Of a DNA stretch of 64,000 nucleotides, positions 58,773-64,000 are shown in pieces (positions within the stretch are counted from its first letter, which is position 1; the number at the start of each line of letters is the position of its first letter). Under the pieces are notes generated by a model, which did not search any database, was not told the origin of the DNA, and saw nothing but the letters and a program-made list of their open reading frames with translations. The DNA is from Dipteris shenzhenensis. Lineage: Eukaryota. The stretch lies in NCBI GenBank assembly GCA_047967505.1, contig CM106538.1; one strand, 5' to 3'. A program made the translations under genes and the position numbers.

Positions 58773-59584
58773 TCCATCATTGATATTGGCAAAACTATTT
58801 TACATATTGTCTCATTCTCCTCACCTCACTTAATTCTTGTATATGTGGGCTTGCAAAAAAGCATTGATATTTTTGTTAAAATTATGTGCTTTGGTAATCA
58901 TGGGCAATGTTTGGAAAGCAGTGATGTACACCAACACTCACTTTCTGTATTCTCTGTTTTGCGTCTAAATACGAGTCTAATTCTCAGTATAGACGTGCTA
59001 ATAGACGCGCTAATACATGCACAAATAGACGCTCTGACAGATGCAGTATTAGACGGGCCCGTATTTTCTCAGTGTAGACATGCTAATAGATGTGTCAATA
59101 CACGTGCAAATAACCGACATGTCAGACGTGCTATTAGATGCGCCCGTAATTTCTTTATTCAAGCAAGCCTATAGACGCGCCCGCTATTTTGCGCATCTAT
59201 CAAGCACGTCTATAGTTGCTTTGTATTGTTGTGCAACCATCTGAATATGATCATTGGCCTATAGAAAGGAATATCTTAGATGGAATATGATCATCGGCCT
59301 ATAGAAAATCCTCAATTGATTCAGTACCATCTGCAACGGTCGAGCAAAGAAAGTCGATTGTGCTTTCCAAGTCAACTGTAGTTGCCAGTGAGTATTCAGG
59401 TCCGCAAAGGCAGGTGGTGGTTTGGGAACTTCGTGGGTGGACCGTGTAGAGCAATGAGGCTCTGGTGTTGAGCAGGGGGGTGTGACCTCAAGAGGGAGAT
59501 CATGGAGAGTGGTAGATGGCGAGCTGGGAGAGGATGGCGCATGAGGATCAATAGTGAGAGGACGAAATGCAGAGGCAACGGGAT

Positions 59585-61760
59585 GCTGAAGGCAAGAACG
59601 TATGGCGAAGACGACGGGGACTCAGTTGGACTGAAGGGCTGAGTGACTAAAGAGTCACCAGCCCTCTCCTTGTATTAACTTTGGGTACAATGTCAAGAAC
59701 GTGAACGGGTGAGTCGTTAGACTCGCCCGTCTGTCCTCTCACAGCTGTCTAACAGCTTATCCTAACAACTAACCCGTAGATACTGGGTTGTAAAATATCC
59801 CACAATCCCCCCCTCAAGCCAGTGTCGGAGGACTGGTCAATGAGTAATAGGAGGTACATCAATGAGGCCAATGCCTTGGCGAAGGAATTCGAAGCGGTCA
59901 CGAGCAAAGGGTTTCGTGAATAGGTCGGCCAACATATTGGTGGTGTTGCAGTATTGGAGGTTTAATTCTCCGCGTTGGACAAGGTCCCGGACATAATGGT
60001 ACTGAAGCTCAACGTGCTTTGTGCGTTTGTGGTCACAACCATTTTTGCTGAGGCAGATACATCCTTGATTGTCGTTGTATAGAGTTGTGTGTGGAAATTT
60101 GATCCCAAGTTCGTTGGAAAGGGTGAGGCAGATACATCCTTGATTGTCGTTGTATAGAGTTGTGTGTGGAAATTTGATCCCAAGTTCGTTGGAAAGGGTG
60201 AGCAACTAGACATGTTCTTTGGAAGCCTGACAGACGGCGATATGTATTTTGCTTCAGTGGAGGAGAGTGCAATGGACCTTTGTTTGGAGCATGCCCACGA
60301 AGTTGGACCTCCAGCGAGTAGATACACATATCCGTGTGTGGAATGGCGATGATCAAGATCTCCTGCCCAATCAGAATCAGCATAACCGAATAAATTGGTG
60401 GAGGTTTGGTGATAAGCAATGCCAATGGTGGAGGAACCTTTCAAGTACCGGAGGACTCGTTTGGCAGCAATCCGAATGTTGATTGCCAGGATTAGTCATG
60501 AATTGTGTGAGTTTGCATACTGCAACAGAGATGTCGGGACGCGTACATACATGAGCGAGCCTATCAGGCTGCGGTATGGTGTGGAGGACATTTGACGATG
60601 CCACAGTGTCTGTAGTTGGACACATCTGATTCGTGAGATGGACATTCGGATCAAGAGGGGTAAGTGCAGGAGTACAATCTTGCATATTGAATTTTTCGAG
60701 CATTTGCTGGACATAGTGTTGCTGATGCAAACAAGTCGTGCCTGTAATGCGGTCACGGTGAACTTGTATCCCTAAACAATAGTGAAGTGGTCCGGAATCC
60801 GTCATGGGAAAGACTTGTTGGAGATCACGTTTTAACAATTCAAGGCGAGGTAAGTCGTTGCAGATGACAACAAGATCATCAACATATAAAGAGACCACCA
60901 AGAATAGATCGGGTGCAGTACAGGAATAAAGACTGGGATCCGTGTAGCATCGTTTAAAACCATGGGAAAGAAAGTACGAGTCGATCTTCAAGTACCAGGA
61001 GCGTGATGCTTGCTTGAGACCGTATAAAGACTTGCGTAAGCGGCAAACCATACCGGGTGGATGTTGAAAGCCGGGTGGTGGTTGTAGATAAATTTCTTCC
61101 TCCAGGTCGCCATTTAGAAAGGCTGTCTGGACATCCAATTGGTGCATGTGGAAATTAAGGAGAGTGCCCCAGGCAATTAGACGACGGATGGAGGCAATGC
61201 GGACGACTGGAGCAAAAGTGTCGAGATAATCGATGCCTTCCGTCTGAGTGAAACCACGAGCAACAAGGCGTGCTTTGAATCGTGAAATGCTACCATCGGG
61301 GTTGTATTTCATCTTGAAGACCCATTTGGAGCCAATGGCTCGTCGACCAGGTGGTAGTGAGACAAGGTCCCATGTGTTGTTTTTCTGAATAGAAAGGAGT
61401 TCAGAACCCCTTGCCGCTTCCCATTGCGGCCATTGTGCAGAGGAGTGGGCTGCACGGAGACTTGTGGGTTCTGTGGGTAAGATTGCTGGAGAAACAAAGA
61501 AAACTTCATCAAATCGAATTGGTGGATGGCTAGTGCGAGAGGAACGACGGAGGTGAGCAGAAGGCAATGGATGTGTGGGAAGGTCGATGGAAGAATCTGT
61601 TGGTGCTGGTGCATGGGATTGATGAGCGGGGGAAGATGGAGATTGACTGCTGGAACCGTGGTCATTGAGAGGGAGGTTGGGAGTCGGCTCGTGCTCGGCG
61701 ACCATGGGTTTTTTACCAAGGCGATGATGGTCGTGGTGGCTGACTGGAGGTGCCACTCTT
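59585..61760 (-). mobile_element. Ty1/copia 3' half (RT-RH, PPT, 3' LTR), 5'-truncated
   Basis: ORF 60377-61756 with KARLVARGF, LYGLKQASRSW and YVDD; GYADSDWAG; ADLFTKP. PPT about 59806-59816; LTR starts TGTGGG at 59804. The far LTR end is approximate. Confidence 0.9.
60049..60198. repeat. Perfect 75-bp in-frame tandem duplication in the copia RNase H
   Basis: Units start at 60049 and 60124; TGAG microhomology at the junctions. Confidence 0.95.
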
Positions 61761-61789
61761 ACTTGCTCTCAGAAAGGTCGCCTGTATCC

Positions 61790-64000
61790 TCTTGGAGTCA
61801 TGATCGGCCCAGCCGAAGCACGAACAGCCATGGCCCAAACAACTTCACAAGTTGAGACTCTTCGCTGGCACTATCGGTTTGGTCATCCACATATTCAAGC
61901 CCTTCGGACACTACAACGGCATAATATGGTTGAAGGACTCGAATTCCAGATCATGCCGATTGATCTGTGTAAAGGCTGCTTATACGGCAAACTCAAGCAA
62001 AGGCCCTACATATGCTCTTCTTTGCGGATTGTGCGACCTCTCCAACTAATTCACTCAGATCTGTGCGGACCAATGCCGACCATATCTCTGACTGGGTCGC
62101 GTGACTTCATGACTTTCATTGATGATTTTACCCATTTTACCATCATCTCATTCCTTCCTCAGAAGTCTGAAGCACTATCTCACTTCATAGCGTACCAGAT
62201 TTTGGTCGAGAATCAATTAAATCGCCATATTTAAACAATACGCACGGACAATGGTGGGGAATATACATCAGGAGATTTCACTGCTTATTGTCAACAAATA
62301 GGCATCTTGCATCAATATACTATCCCCTATCATCACCAACAACATGGTAAAGTAGAGAAAAAGAACGGCGATGTCATGGCGTCCTCTCGATCAATGCTCA
62401 AACAAGCTGGTCTACCGAATTCTTTTTGGGAGGAAGCCATTTCTATGGCATGTTATCTATAGAACCGATTATCCACCAGCACATTGCCCAGCATGATGCC
62501 ATATGAGGCCTGGATGGGCAGGAAACCAGTGATCACACATCTTTGCATTTTTGGGTCCCCTGATCTTTGCATTTTCGGGTCCCCTGCTTACTCGTTCATA
62601 CCTCCTGAGCGACTACATAAATTGGATGATTGTGCAGCAAAAGGCATTTTCGTAGGCTACGGGGATCGGTTTGGGGTTAAAGCCTATCGAATCTACCATC
62701 CAGGCACTCGACGTTTTTCTTTTAGCAGAACAGTCTTCATCAACAAAAATGCTCTACTCCTTGCTTGTGATCATGCATTGACATCTTCAGAGACTCCACC
62801 TGTACAAAAAGAAACACCCTTGTCAATAACAGATGATTTTGGGGACAACCAATTTGAAGAAGAAACACCCGATGTAATTCACTATTTGATCGATCTAGCC
62901 CCCTTGCCGGCACCACCTTTACCCCCACAAAACGCCCCTCCTATTGTTCCGGTTTCGACACAATTACTAACTCCTCAACCACAAGCGATGCCTTTACCCA
63001 CAATGCATCAACGACTCAATGCTCAATCTCCTTCAAGATCCGGCAATGCACAATTCCATAGCTGAGTCTTGCCAACTTCCCGCCACCAGACCCGCATGCC
63101 GGATGTGTTCACCAGCAGACAGACATACGGCCAAAGACAGTCATGCAATATCCGTCCACATGGCTCCTATGCAGTGGCGCAGCTTGGTGGACACGTGGGC
63201 GGTCAAAACCCTCTATTGTCAGCCCACGAACTACAACCCAATGAGCCACTACCCCCACATGCAAACTCGTCATCATGTCGCATGGATGACGAAACAGATA
63301 CAACAGCCGACGCATCTCTCGCTAGTCATGCAACAACGTCCACCTCTGAGACGACTTCACCTTTCGTAAGAGATAATGACCCTTGCAACGAGCAAGGTAC
63401 CCCTTCATCAGACGAAGACGCCACCCACCAATGGACTCGCCTCCTCACAGACGTCCTTGCAGAGGCTCACCTTGCTTCCCTCCCTAAAATACTACAAAGC
63501 GATCAATCACTCCTCACGATGGAAGGAGAACCGGACACCATCTTTGTCCAAGATGCTCTCTCTGGCCCTGAAGCACAACAATGGAGGGCCGCCATGAATG
63601 ACGAGATTCACTCCCTTCAGCAAAGCGAAACCTGGACCCTTGTTGACCGACCGACAGACCAAATAATAATCTCGTGCAAATGGCTACTTCGACACAAGAT
63701 TAACTCTGATGGATCTCTAGGCCGCTATAAAGCCCAACTCGTGGCTCGTGGTTTCTCTCAGATTGAAGGTGAGGACTACTATGAGTCCTATTCCCCGTAC
63801 TCAGTATGACCTCGTTTAGGGTGTTGGTTGCTCTCGCTGCCCATAATGGACTCCATATTCATCAAATGGATGTTCGAACTACGTTCTTACATGGTGACCT
63901 TGAGGAGGATATTTACATGGACCAGCCCCAGCATTATGTATCGCCCATTCACCCAGACAAGGTATGCAAACTTCGACGCTCTCTCTATGGGCTCAAACAA
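61790..64000 (+). mobile_element. Ty1/copia internal fragment (GAG-pre-integrase, INT, linker, RT), runs off the right edge
   Basis: RWHYRFGH, CKGCLYGK, HSDLCGP, RTDNGGEY, WRAAMNDEI, YKAQLVARGFSQ, HQMDVRTTFLHG, SLYGLKQ. Confidence 0.92.

Larger units (their letters stand above)
52150..59233. mobile_element. CACTA/En-Spm superfamily DNA transposon, 7,084 bp, CACAA termini, 3-bp TSD CAA
   Basis: Left end CACAACAAGGTAAAGCACCTATAGA; right end (revcomp) CACAACAATACAAAGCAACTATAGA. CAA at 52147-52149 and 59234-59236. Subterminal TAGACGC-like repeats at both ends. Confidence 0.93.
50269..59560 (-). mobile_element. Degenerate Ty1/copia 3' half (putative 3' LTR about 50269-50547, RH, RT) interrupted by the CACTA-superfamily element
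   Basis: PPT at 50548-50556; RH ORF 50590-51033 (STAEVDY, GDNQS, DVFTKPL); RT pieces VARGFSQIQGVDY, HQMDVKIAFLNG and WQAVMQEEF ending at about 52146. Linker-like sequence resumes after 59236. Confidence 0.8.

Overview
Eukaryotic nuclear DNA from a land plant with a large, TE-rich genome; a fern or other non-angiosperm is a guess from overall character only. There is one apparently intact host gene: plastid-type threonine dehydratase/deaminase (OMR1/ilvA family), 9 exons, 16154-44158, 643 aa when spliced. Its introns 3 (19.1 kb) and 6 (6.2 kb) are inflated by transposons. In intron 3, a young copia element and a young chromoviral gypsy element, each with paired LTRs and a 5-bp TSD, inserted with their target sites 10 bp apart in the integrase zinc finger of an older gypsy. 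Intron 6 holds a decayed Penelope-like retroelement resembling the Naiad/Chlamys type. The flanks hold gypsy and copia relics and an end-to-end CACTA-superfamily element with CACAA termini and divergently oriented genes. The most striking signal, which the ORF track misses, is a fossil cassette at about 5.56-7.5 kb. It comprises the 3' half of an intron-containing Transib/RAG1-like DDE transposase, then a divergent histone H3-like gene on the same strand, then a 221-bp near-perfect hairpin. This suggests a histone-carrying DNA transposon. All family assignments come from manual translation and motif recognition; no database searches were run.
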